Below, piece by piece: positions 40,803 to 49,770 of a DNA stretch of 64,000 nucleotides (position 1 is the stretch's first letter; each line of letters starts with the position of its first letter). Source of the stretch: a virus; IMG/VR virus record IMGVR_UViG_3300032282_005530, positions 18,366 to 82,365 of that record; one strand, given 5' to 3'. A program made the position numbers and the translations under genes. The notes under the pieces were generated by a model. The model ran no database searches. It was given only the letters and a program-made list of their open reading frames with translations, and was not told the origin of the DNA.

Positions 40803-41396
40803 TCAGAAACATGTCTCTAAAAACAATTTTAACATTTTTTTTGAAGGTTTTAAAGTTCTTGTGAATGTTTTTGGCATATTAGAAAATATTTTATTTGTTC
40901 TAGATGGTGCAGTTTTAAACCATTTTCTTTTTATTTTGGCTGCTTCATATCCAAGAACATAACTATTTGCTTTCTGAATATAAAGTTTCTCATCTTTATA
41001 TAATTTATATTCTTTTATAAATTTTAAAGCTCTCTTCTCGCAATCCAATTCACATTTTTGTATTAATTCACAAGTTTTTTGTAATTTATTCTTAGAAAGT
41101 TCTATTTTTCCTTCAAGCCATTCATCAAAATCAACATAAGCATCAGAAGTAGCTTTATCTAAAAATTTATTTTCTTTCCATTGACAAAAATGACTATATT
41201 CATGTGCTAATACGGTAAGCCATTCATCACAATAAATAGCAACATTTAATCGTCGCTCATCGTCACTCCAATAACCAGAAACACCTATCTTTTTTGAGAG
41301 TTTTATTTCTTGTTTTGGATGAAAGACTATTTCAACCCCATGTCTTAAACAGTCTTCTTGAACCAATTCTAAGAACTTCAGGATTGAATTTTTCAT
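40803..41396 (-). CDS. Hypothetical protein with HExxH motif
   Basis: LAHEYSHFCQW...CELDCEKRA. Confidence 0.6.
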   Translation of the reverse strand: MKNSILKFLELVQEDCLRHGVEIVFHPKQEIKLSKKIGVSGYWSDDERRLNVAIYCDEWLTVLAHEYSHFCQWKENKFLDKATSDAYVDFDEWLEGKIELSKNKLQKTCELIQKCELDCEKRALKFIKEYKLYKDEKLYIQKANSYVLGYEAAKIKRKWFKTAPSRTNKIFSNMPKTFTRTLKPSKKMLKLFLETCF

Positions 41397-41424
41397 ATAT
41401 TTAACTAGTCATAACGAAAAATTT

Positions 41425-41498
41425 TGGTGGACCGGGAGAGAATCGAACTCTCAATTCAACGATGCAAACGTCGTGTTATCCCATTTAACTACCAGCCC
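41425..41498 (-). tRNA. tRNA-Ala(TGC)
   Basis: G3:U70 pair in acceptor stem; loop TTTGCAT; CCA. Confidence 0.88.
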
Positions 41499-41501
41499 AT
41501 A

Positions 41502-41592
41502 TGGCGGACAGGGTGAGATTCGAACTCACGATAGGCTATTAACCTACTCCGGGTTAGTAATCCGGTGCCTTCAGCCACTCGGCCACCTGTCC
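41502..41592 (-). tRNA. tRNA-Ser(ACT), unusual anticodon
   Basis: Ser-type long variable arm, G73 and CCA; anticodon arm CCGGA-TTACTAA-CCCGG. Confidence 0.8.
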
Positions 41593-41599
41593 ATTATAT

Positions 41600-41851
41600 T
41601 TACTTAGGTGGAAAAACCACTTTTACCATAACTAATTTAAAATCATCTTTACTATCTTTTCCCCAAAGTAAACTATCTACCATTCTACCAAGCCAATTTT
41701 TTCTTACAAGAGTTACAGAATAATTTTTCTTTATCATATCACCTTGTTCTGGTGTTAAAAATTTTTCTGAAACAAGCGCATCAACAAACCCCTCTTTTAC
41801 AAGGTTAAAATTGATTGGAAGACTTTCATCATATTGAACTATTTGTGACAT
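41600..41851 (-). CDS. Hypothetical protein
   Basis: ORF between tRNAs. Confidence 0.55.
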   Translation of the reverse strand: MSQIVQYDESLPINFNLVKEGFVDALVSEKFLTPEQGDMIKKNYSVTLVRKNWLGRMVDSLLWGKDSKDDFKLVMVKVVFPPK

Positions 41852-41878
41852 ATTTAAATCTCTCTAAAATTAAGTCCG

Positions 41879-41962
41879 ATGTTTAACCCGGATTCGAACC
41901 GGGATGCCATAACGGCGCTATAAACTACTTTATAGTGAGTCTACCAATTCCTCCAGTAAACA
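41879..41962 (-). ncRNA. Aberrant tRNA-Leu-like element (pseudo-tRNA)
   Basis: Intact D arm (GAG-GAATTGGTAGA-CTC), variable arm and T arm (CCCGG-TTCGAAT-CCGGG); non-canonical anticodon arm; no CCA. Confidence 0.6.
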
Positions 41963-41970
41963 TAAGACAG

Positions 41971-42045
41971 TGGTGACGGGTGCGGGAATCGAACCCGCGA
42001 TGCCTGGGTGAAAGCCAAGTGTTATAACCGTTTAACTAACCCGCC
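41971..42045 (-). tRNA. tRNA-Glu(TTC)
   Basis: CTTGG-CTTTCAC-CCAGG; CCA. Confidence 0.85.
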
Positions 42046-42688
42046 TTTTCTTTTTTATAAAACCTACAGCACTTTTATGAATATTAAATTTTTTAGCTAT
42101 CATACTATAACTATCTTGATCGTTTAAGATTGATAATATTTGTTCTTCCGAAAGTTTCGGTTTAAATCTCGTTTTTTTTCCGGATTCAATAAAATTATTT
42201 TCATTTTGTTTTTTTCTATATTTTCCACAACAAATACGACTACAAAAGTTTGTTTTTTTTGGTTTTCTTTCAGAGTTATAATTTTTTAAACAATGCATAC
42301 AATTTAAATTATATTTTGGATTATAAATATCGTACAATAAATAAAATTTTGTAGTATGATATTTGTTTTTTACATAATCAAAAATATGTTTTAAATCTTT
42401 TTTATATAAAACTTTAATTTTATATCCATTATCAATTGCTATTTGAGTTTTTATTTTAACAATTTCTGTTTCATATCCTTTAATTTCTACAATTTCACTC
42501 GTATCGGTTAAAATAAAATCTGGATAATATTTTATATTACCATCTGTTAAAAAACCCGGAAACCTACAAAAAGATATATTATTTTCTAAATTATAAATTA
42601 CCCAGCACAATTCATATGTAGAACCACAATATATACCTTTATAATATCCGGTCTTACTGCGACCAGTACCTTTTCTTATTCCGCCCAT
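42032..42688 (-). CDS. Putative PD-(D/E)XK homing endonuclease with Zn-finger and HTH; overlaps tRNA-Glu 5' end
   Basis: STYE..YYPDF..IVEIKGY; CxxC..FCSRIC; C-terminal IAKKFNI. Confidence 0.7.
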   Translation of the reverse strand: MGGIRKGTGRSKTGYYKGIYCGSTYELCWVIYNLENNISFCRFPGFLTDGNIKYYPDFILTDTSEIVEIKGYETEIVKIKTQIAIDNGYKIKVLYKKDLKHIFDYVKNKYHTTKFYLLYDIYNPKYNLNCMHCLKNYNSERKPKKTNFCSRICCGKYRKKQNENNFIESGKKTRFKPKLSEEQILSILNDQDSYSMIAKKFNIHKSAVGFIKKKRRVS

Positions 42689-42750
42689 ATTAAATTTCCT
42701 TTAATATAATTAGAATATTCCTAGCCATTAGACAATAAAAAATTAAAAAA

Positions 42751-42823
42751 AGCCGATACTCAGACTTGAACTGAGAACCTTCGCGTTACAAGGGCGATGC
42801 TCTACCAATTGAGCTATGTCGGC
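42751..42823 (-). tRNA. tRNA-Thr(TGT), CCA not encoded
   Basis: GCCGACATAGCTCAATTGGTAGAGC; loop CTTGTAA; T arm. Confidence 0.85.
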
Positions 42824-42825
42824 AA

Positions 42826-42849
42826 ATTGGCACACGAAAGTGTGCCAAT
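42826..42849. other. Perfect 10-bp hairpin between ORF stop and tRNA-Thr (processing or terminator-like)
   Basis: ATTGGCACAC-GAAA-GTGTGCCAAT. Confidence 0.55.
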
Positions 42850-42852
42850 ATA

Positions 42853-43131
42853 TCACTTTTTACGTAGACGAGTAACCGCTACAGCAAGAAGTCCTACAAC
42901 CAATACTAAAACTGCTCCAGTGGCAGGTGTAAGTTGAAGACCTTCATCATCAGTGTCAGTTACAGCAACTTGTACCCCTTCTACGGTTACAGCTACGTCC
43001 GGAACTGCTTCACCTTCACCAGCTACTACTGGTGCTGCTGCAACGACTTCTTCAGTTTTAGGTGAATCTGTAACTGCTGTAGCTGTATCAGTTGTTTGTG
43101 TAGTTGGCGTGTTTGTTGTTTGATTATCCAT
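42853..43131 (-). CDS. Hypothetical Thr/acidic protein with C-terminal TM anchor (likely start MDNQ)
   Basis: AAGGAG RBS; TM segment followed by RLRKK. Confidence 0.55.
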   Translation of the reverse strand: MDNQTTNTPTTQTTDTATAVTDSPKTEEVVAAAPVVAGEGEAVPDVAVTVEGVQVAVTDTDDEGLQLTPATGAVLVLVVGLLAVAVTRLRKK

Positions 43132-43489
43132 TTGTTTCTCCTTCAAAATAAGTAACAATATTATATTTTTTGATAGACTGCACGTATTCCATTCTATCAA
43201 TTCCTAACAGAGCAGCGGCTTCCCGATCTGATCTGGTGGCAGATGCAGCATACATTAGTAGTGCCGCCTTGGCAACATCTTTGAGACTCTTATAAATTGG
43301 TATTCCAAAAAGAGCAGTACCAGATGCTTTAATTGCTAATTCTAATTTTAAACCTATCAATTCTTCTATTGTTAGTGAATTTAACATTATTTCAAATTGT
43401 TCTGATATTTTACCATCGCGTTTTAATTTTTTCGACAACGAATAGTGTTCGCGTTTACCTTGAATTTTTCTTTTCTTCTTCCAAGTCAC
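43124..43489 (-). CDS. Hypothetical protein with Fis-like HTH
   Basis: EAAALLGIDR C-terminal motif. Confidence 0.5.
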   Translation of the reverse strand: MTWKKKRKIQGKREHYSLSKKLKRDGKISEQFEIMLNSLTIEELIGLKLELAIKASGTALFGIPIYKSLKDVAKAALLMYAASATRSDREAAALLGIDRMEYVQSIKKYNIVTYFEGETNG

Positions 43490-43748
43490 TTACTAATCCT
43501 AAAAGGGCATAACCCGCTATATCACGATATGGACTTTCACCAAACGCATCTTTTCTTGTAGCTATGCGAAACAATTTATCAATTATTCGTGTTATTGTTA
43601 ATAGATCTCTATAGTTTTCTGGTTTAACACCGTTAGGAAATAAAATTTTTATTATCTCTTCACTTTTCGAAAAACTATCGCCATAAGCTTCTTGTTTTTC
43701 TTTTACAAGTTTACCTATTTCAGTAGCAGTTTTTATATAGTCTCTCAT
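43455..43748 (-). CDS. Nucleotide-modification-associated domain (DUF1599-like) protein
   Basis: KQEAYGDSF..RIIDKLFRI..DIAGYALL. Confidence 0.6.
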   Translation of the reverse strand: MRDYIKTATEIGKLVKEKQEAYGDSFSKSEEIIKILFPNGVKPENYRDLLTITRIIDKLFRIATRKDAFGESPYRDIAGYALLGLVSDLEEEKKNSR

Positions 43749-43785
43749 GCCAATAAATTAGCACATGTTTAGAAACATGTAAAGA

Positions 43786-46700
43786 CTATCTACGTTTTCT
43801 TCTTTCCATGACTGGATTTGGAGAAGCCGGCGGTGGTTGTTCTAAATTAGAAGATGGCATTTGAGAAGTTGTATTTCCTTCTGGAGAGTTTGAATCAAGT
43901 TTTTGTTTTTCTTTTTCATAAGAAGGGGTTGTTGGCTCTTCTGGAGTTTTTGCCATATCATCTTCGAAAATATCCATATGTAACAATTCATTTGTTAAAA
44001 GATATTCAGAAAAAGCATCTTTGTCGCGCTGATCTGATAAAACATCATAAGCATCTTTTATTTGTTTTTTAATTTTATTAAACGTTCTTTGAGACATATC
44101 ACGACCAGTTGTATCAAGGCCATCATCTACTTCTGGTTCTGGTTTTAATTCTGTTTTATCAGAAACTTTTGGTTCGTTTTTCTTTGCAAAAGGATCAATA
44201 AATCTTGGATCTGATTTTGCTGCTTGGCGAGCTTGACTTAATTCCGCTTCGTCTTCTTGTTCCTTTAATTCAACATCAACAGAGACTTTTTCTTCTGGTG
44301 TTTCTGTTGCAGTAATTAAATTTTTTGTTGCTTTAACAAGATTTGCTCTGAATGAATCACGTTGTTCTTTACTGGTTGTTAATTGCTTATAACTATTTTC
44401 TATTGTTGGAACAATTTTTTTAAGAAGATCTCTAAGAACATTGATCCCGGTTATAGGATGTGGTGGTTCTTCATCTTTTTCCTGCAAGAGTTTTCTTATA
44501 ACTAATCGTAATTGTTTTTCTTCTTGAAGAATTTTTTCTTCACGCTCTTTCATTTTACGTTTTAATGCTTCACGTACTACTTTGCGTAATTTAATTTCTT
44601 CAATAAATTCTTTTCTGTTTACCATGAATTGTTCCTCTTGCATAATTAGCACTTTAATGCGTTCTTTTCTGGATGGTTCATCATCTCTTTTTTGAACAGA
44701 AATTCCAAGACGAGCATTATTATCACCACCGTAATTAACATTAACTTCATCAACTTCTTCTGTTTCTTCTAAATGATCTTGATTTACGTGCCCAGCAACT
44801 CCACCGCCGCTCATAGCCATTTCTTCTAGATCTTGTTCTTCTTTAATAGATTTAAAATATTCAACTTGACGAAGACGATTTTTTGCACCAGCACGACTAT
44901 TATAGCAACCTAATTTTTTCTTTTTTCCTTCTTTGGTTTTCTTTTTCGAAAAGACACACCATTTATTTCCAGATTTTCTTATAATTTCATTTAACAAAGA
45001 AGGGGACAAAGGTTCCAGAACTTTTTTTTTGTTGTCTTCAAGAATTTCAATTCTGGAACGGATCAAATTCATTAATCTGATGCCTTCTTCCAGTTCAAGA
45101 CGACCAGCAAAGTTCTTCATAAACGTTTCTACGTCGCCATCAATAGCGGCTTGACGCGCTTTACTGGCTGAAACTGACTGAACACCTTCGCCTTCATCAA
45201 GTCTTTCACCGGCAGAAACTATTTCAATAGATTTAAAATTATAATCTTTATTATACTTATTTAATACTTCAAACTGTTCTTTTCTATCAGAACCAACAAT
45301 TACTTTTAAATTCTTGTAACCTTGTTCTGATAGATATTTGGCAGTATCAAATATAGTATTAATATTAGTATTATTTAATATATTACTGTTATATTCAGGG
45401 AAGATTTTACTAAGATAAGAGATCTTTTCCTGGATTGTTAAGGGATTTTTTTGTTTGTCTGTTGTTTTTGTTGGAACAATAAAGAAATCAGCTTTATTTT
45501 GTTTTGCTAGATCTGAAGCGACTTTAAATACAATTTCATGACCGATCGTTGGTGGATTAAATCTACCAAATGAAATGATTGCTGTCTTATTTTCAGACAG
45601 TTTATTTAATGGAGGTATTGTACCACGTGAATATTTTTTCATACCTAATATCTGATTAAGAGGAGAAAATAATCCAGTGATTTTATAGACGTCATCATTA
45701 TATTTAAAAACAAACCCTTCACAAGCAGAGTTAATATTATTAACATCTTTTATTCTTTTGAATTGATTATTTAAAAAGTTTTGCGCTTCTACATTTCCAG
45801 TAGAACCAACAATATTAAAAATTTCATTTAATTCAGTCTTTAATCGATTAACTTCACTTAAGTGATCTTTAATATATGAACTTTGAAATTCTTTTAAAAC
45901 ACCAGCACCAAACTGGGTTGTTATTTCTTCTATTGGAGAAATGGCTTCTTTTAAAAGTTTTTTCTCTGAATTAATTATATTTCTTATTGTTTCTAATAAT
46001 TCTGGTTTTCCAGATTTAATTAAAGCATCATAAACATGTTTAGAGGTTGTATTACCCTCTTTCATTAATCTCTTTAATAATTCAATTTTTACTTTTTTAG
46101 GTAATTCTACTTTTTCATCAATCTTTTTATCTAATCGATTTAAAATGTATTCTGCTAAACTTGCCTTATCCGACAAGCCACATCCTTTTAACTCGTTTTG
46201 TAACGATTTTAATGAATTCTCATAGCATCTTTTATCTTTGAGAGGACCCACTTTTCTTATATCGTTTGAACGAATTATAAAACCATCGCCAGCTTGTTCA
46301 TTAAGCTGAACGTTTTCTTTTAATAATTTTTCTAATCTTAGAAATTCTTTCGAAAGAGTGTCATTAAAAACTTTTTTATTAAATTTATTTTGTTTTAAAT
46401 GACCGCTTCTGTGAACAGTTATGATTGGTCTTTCATAAACCAAAACATTTGGATTTTTTGGATCTTGAATTTCACAATTATAATAATAATTGGCATTAGG
46501 ACCAAATATATTGATTTGGTCTTCAATAGAAAAATTCTTAACAATATTCTCAAATACTTTTAGTGCTTCCAAAAAAGAAGACTGAACTTCTTTAACTTCT
46601 GTTAAATTAGCAACGTTGTCTGTTGATATACCGCCATTTAATATATCATCATTTTTTCTTGCTGCTTTGGCCTTTCCTTGTGTAACAGAAAAAGAAAGAA

Positions 46701-46836
46701 GTAGATTTTGTCCATCTAACTTCTCTGTTACTAACAATTTACCATCATTTATTTTTTTAAAAATATCTTTAATCTCTGTAAATGTCAAAGATGGATTTTC
46801 ATATAAATGCTTCATATGTCTGGAAAGACCGCCCAT
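43786..46836 (-). CDS. Multidomain protein: ligase-like N-terminal domain, phage cytidylyltransferase-like domain, low-complexity C-terminus
   Basis: VTEKLDGQN (KxDG motif I), EGFV..YKITG; FGRFNPPTIGH..VGSDR..SASKAR. Confidence 0.7.
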   Translation of the reverse strand: MGGLSRHMKHLYENPSLTFTEIKDIFKKINDGKLLVTEKLDGQNLLLSFSVTQGKAKAARKNDDILNGGISTDNVANLTEVKEVQSSFLEALKVFENIVKNFSIEDQINIFGPNANYYYNCEIQDPKNPNVLVYERPIITVHRSGHLKQNKFNKKVFNDTLSKEFLRLEKLLKENVQLNEQAGDGFIIRSNDIRKVGPLKDKRCYENSLKSLQNELKGCGLSDKASLAEYILNRLDKKIDEKVELPKKVKIELLKRLMKEGNTTSKHVYDALIKSGKPELLETIRNIINSEKKLLKEAISPIEEITTQFGAGVLKEFQSSYIKDHLSEVNRLKTELNEIFNIVGSTGNVEAQNFLNNQFKRIKDVNNINSACEGFVFKYNDDVYKITGLFSPLNQILGMKKYSRGTIPPLNKLSENKTAIISFGRFNPPTIGHEIVFKVASDLAKQNKADFFIVPTKTTDKQKNPLTIQEKISYLSKIFPEYNSNILNNTNINTIFDTAKYLSEQGYKNLKVIVGSDRKEQFEVLNKYNKDYNFKSIEIVSAGERLDEGEGVQSVSASKARQAAIDGDVETFMKNFAGRLELEEGIRLMNLIRSRIEILEDNKKKVLEPLSPSLLNEIIRKSGNKWCVFSKKKTKEGKKKKLGCYNSRAGAKNRLRQVEYFKSIKEEQDLEEMAMSGGGVAGHVNQDHLEETEEVDEVNVNYGGDNNARLGISVQKRDDEPSRKERIKVLIMQEEQFMVNRKEFIEEIKLRKVVREALKRKMKEREEKILQEEKQLRLVIRKLLQEKDEEPPHPITGINVLRDLLKKIVPTIENSYKQLTTSKEQRDSFRANLVKATKNLITATETPEEKVSVDVELKEQEDEAELSQARQAAKSDPRFIDPFAKKNEPKVSDKTELKPEPEVDDGLDTTGRDMSQRTFNKIKKQIKDAYDVLSDQRDKDAFSEYLLTNELLHMDIFEDDMAKTPEEPTTPSYEKEKQKLDSNSPEGNTTSQMPSSNLEQPPPASPNPVMERRKRR

Positions 46837-46839
46837 TTA

Positions 46840-47121
46840 TCATTCTCCGTTCGAAGCCTTGACTTCTTTCTTAGGTTGTTCTACAACTTGATCTTGTGAT
46901 TTTGCTGTTTCAACAACTTTACTTTCTTCTGCTTTCTTTGTTTCTACTAAAGCGTTTTTGGTTACTGATTTTTTTGGCTTCGGCTCTGATTCTACCACCG
47001 ATGGGGTCACTACTGCAACCTGTAGCTCAGGATTTTTTACAGTAAGGGTTTTTTCTGCTTCTTGTGCTTCTTTATTTTTTAAATAAATAGCTCTTTTTTT
47101 TCTTAATGCTGGTGAGGTCAT
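46840..47121 (-). CDS. Hypothetical protein
   Basis: ORF. Confidence 0.5.
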   Translation of the reverse strand: MTSPALRKKRAIYLKNKEAQEAEKTLTVKNPELQVAVVTPSVVESEPKPKKSVTKNALVETKKAEESKVVETAKSQDQVVEQPKKEVKASNGE

Positions 47122-47696
47122 TCCGTGTTTCCTTCCTTTTTAACTGGTTTGATGAATTTATCCATTAATTTTTTATTAAGTTTATTTCTTCTATCTTCAA
47201 ACATATCTGTAACAGCTTCGTCATCGTCTAGACGCTTACGAGCTTGTTTTGCTTCTTTATGTTCTGGTTCTTTATTTTCCATAATATTAATTAAAACCTT
47301 TCTTTTTTCACCTTTAAGCGTATCTGTCCAATCGCGGACAAGCATTCCACCTTGCATATATGCTTCTTCTTCAGCTTTTCTTAACAAGGGATCTTTTTGT
47401 GCGTATCCTTCTTCTGTTGATACTTCTTGACCATCAAAATCACCACGGCAATGTTGTGCATGGTGGGTTAATTCGTGAGCAAAAGATCTTAATATATCTT
47501 TTGGATGTCTGTTAAGTGTAAATAATGTAACACTATTTTGATCGGGATTGTAATAAGCAGTTTTGCCAAATGGATCTACTGAATTTTCTTCGGCTTTTGT
47601 AACATAAATAATTTTAACCGGTTTTTCGAAACCAAGTTGTTGTTTAGCATACGGATAAAATGCTCTTATGAGATTTCTAATGCGTTCAATATTCAT
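47118..47696 (-). CDS. Hypothetical HExxH metallopeptidase-like protein (start MNIER)
   Basis: RHPKDILRSFAHELTHHAQ..EEEAY. Confidence 0.6.
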   Translation of the reverse strand: MNIERIRNLIRAFYPYAKQQLGFEKPVKIIYVTKAEENSVDPFGKTAYYNPDQNSVTLFTLNRHPKDILRSFAHELTHHAQHCRGDFDGQEVSTEEGYAQKDPLLRKAEEEAYMQGGMLVRDWTDTLKGEKRKVLINIMENKEPEHKEAKQARKRLDDDEAVTDMFEDRRNKLNKKLMDKFIKPVKKEGNTE

Positions 47697-47727
47697 AAAA
47701 ATAAATAGTAATATTCTTGGTTTATCT

Positions 47728-49044
47728 TCAATATCCGCCTTCAGCCGCAGATGGAGCACTCTTGCTTTTCTTTAATTTTACTTGTTTTTGAAATTCTTGA
47801 ATTTCATTAATAAATTCAGTTATAACTATTTCGCCATGTTCAATATAATTGTCAACAAGAACCATAACTCTTTTCATTTCTTTAAATATCTGAACTAACA
47901 TTCTTACGTCTTCTATCGCCATGTGTGCGCCTGCAGGATCAATATTGATGGTTTTTGCTATATCACCAAGTTTAGCTGAATATTTTTGTTCTTCTTCTTT
48001 TATCTTTTCATCTATTATGGGTTTGCCACGTTGCAAGGCCCTATCTGTACTATCTAGCAAGACAGTTAATAAAAGTTTTGTCTTTTCTTCTACACTATCT
48101 TCAGTAGAGGCTTTTTGAACTTGTAGAGATAGATTTTTTATATCTTGTTCTGCTTCTTGTTGTACTTTTTTAGTTGATATTGATTTTAATTGTTGTTCTA
48201 AAGTAATTCTTAATTTTTCTAACGCTGGAACATAATTATTCTTACACAATTTAAGAGTATCAAGTAGGGTATGTATATTTTCACCTTCTTGTAATAGAGG
48301 AAGACCGTATAATTGATTTCTTCCGTTTACAAATCTAAAGTCGAATCCGATATTGTGAGCCACTAAAACACTATTCGGATTTTGATTTATAATAGACAAA
48401 AAATTAGTCAACATTTCTTTTTCTGTCATGGTTGCTTTGCTTTCATCATATCCAGTATATTGTAAAATATATTTTGGATCTGTTGCCATTTTTATATCTT
48501 TTTCTAAATGTTGAAATTCTCTTTTGGCTGTCTCTATTTCTTTTTTTAAATCTTTAAGTTCTCTTTTGACTGTATCTATTTCTTGAACAGAAAATTGTTC
48601 TTTGTTTTTTGTTTGCTCTATTTGTTGGAATTCTAATTCTTCCTTCTTTTTTAACATTAAAGAATACTTTTCTTCTTTTTCTTGTTTTTTCTTTATTAGA
48701 CTTTGAGAATATTTTGCATTTTTCTCATGCCACTTTAAATTTTCAGAAGTACCATCTTTAAATCTTCTTCTTGTCTCATCTGTTAGACGAGCAATTAAAT
48801 TTCCTTCTGTTGCGCCTTCTTTTTGACCGCCTTTAATAATTGTATATGCTAATTGAGTTATTTGATCTTCTTTGGAGGTTAATCCAAGAGTTTCTGTATC
48901 AAAATAAATAAATGTATTATTAGATAATTGATCTAATTCGGCAATAACTTGTTTTAAATCTTCCTTTTCTGCTTTAGAAGATTTCTTTTTTGTTTCAGAA
49001 TTTTCATTAATATATTTTTTCCAATTTTCTAATAATATTTTCAT
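47728..49044 (-). CDS. DEDDh 3'-5' exonuclease (DnaQ-like) with coiled-coil insertions
   Basis: YFDTETLG; VAHNIGFD; DTL; AHMAIEDV. Confidence 0.8.
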   Translation of the reverse strand: MKILLENWKKYINENSETKKKSSKAEKEDLKQVIAELDQLSNNTFIYFDTETLGLTSKEDQITQLAYTIIKGGQKEGATEGNLIARLTDETRRRFKDGTSENLKWHEKNAKYSQSLIKKKQEKEEKYSLMLKKKEELEFQQIEQTKNKEQFSVQEIDTVKRELKDLKKEIETAKREFQHLEKDIKMATDPKYILQYTGYDESKATMTEKEMLTNFLSIINQNPNSVLVAHNIGFDFRFVNGRNQLYGLPLLQEGENIHTLLDTLKLCKNNYVPALEKLRITLEQQLKSISTKKVQQEAEQDIKNLSLQVQKASTEDSVEEKTKLLLTVLLDSTDRALQRGKPIIDEKIKEEEQKYSAKLGDIAKTINIDPAGAHMAIEDVRMLVQIFKEMKRVMVLVDNYIEHGEIVITEFINEIQEFQKQVKLKKSKSAPSAAEGGY

Positions 49045-49053
49045 AAATATAAA

Positions 49054-49770
49054 TCACCATTTACGGCAAGACCAATAACGTGCCTTTGTTCTTGGTCCTG
49101 GATTAGCACAATTATGACGAGCGCGGAAAGATTTACGGCGTTTGGGATTGCTCTTTTTGATTCTCATCTTCTTGTCACCGAAATTAACTTTCTTTACATT
49201 TCCAGTCTTTGGATCTCTTACGAAGACTTTAAATTTCTTTACATCACCACGCATGGGTTTGCCCAGAGGAACTGTTCTACCTTTATATTTTGCTTCAGTT
49301 AATAATTTATCTGTTTTGCAGTATTTACATTCATTACAAGTTTTTTCTTCTTCCATTTCGTCATATGACAGTTCTACCATACAAGATTTACCACCTTCTT
49401 CCATTCCTTCGTGGCAACCGGATGCTTCTTCTAATTGTTCTTCGGTTAGTTCTTCTTCATCTAATATTTGATAAGGAACGTTGCCGACTGCTCCATCAGC
49501 AAGACCACCAACACTCATATTGTCCGCTTCAGTTGTAAGGCCAGTTGTTGGCTTTGGACTTGAAGTACCTGTTTTTATTTGTTGTTTTTTTAATTCTTTG
49601 GCTTCTTCTTGTTGTTGTTTCTTCTTATCTTCGGCTGCTTTTTTTAAAGCAGCTGCTTCTTCTGCTGCTAATTTTGCTTTGTCTGCGGCAATTTGATCTA
49701 ATGTTTTTGTCTCTATTAATATATTTTGTTTATATTTCTTCCATTCGGTTAGATAATTTTTCATTTTCAT
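49054..49770 (-). CDS. Hypothetical phage protein with conserved basic C-terminal domain
   Basis: KKVNFGD..RRKSFRARHNC..ARYWSCRKW. Confidence 0.65.
   Translation of the reverse strand: MKMKNYLTEWKKYKQNILIETKTLDQIAADKAKLAAEEAAALKKAAEDKKKQQQEEAKELKKQQIKTGTSSPKPTTGLTTEADNMSVGGLADGAVGNVPYQILDEEELTEEQLEEASGCHEGMEEGGKSCMVELSYDEMEEEKTCNECKYCKTDKLLTEAKYKGRTVPLGKPMRGDVKKFKVFVRDPKTGNVKKVNFGDKKMRIKKSNPKRRKSFRARHNCANPGPRTKARYWSCRKW

Noticed and set aside
41502-41592. Amber suppressor (CTA) reading of the Ser tRNA, or genome recoding
   Set aside because: Loop register places ACT at 34-36; ORFs are long and tightly packed in code 11, and TAG is used as a stop (e.g. 43786)
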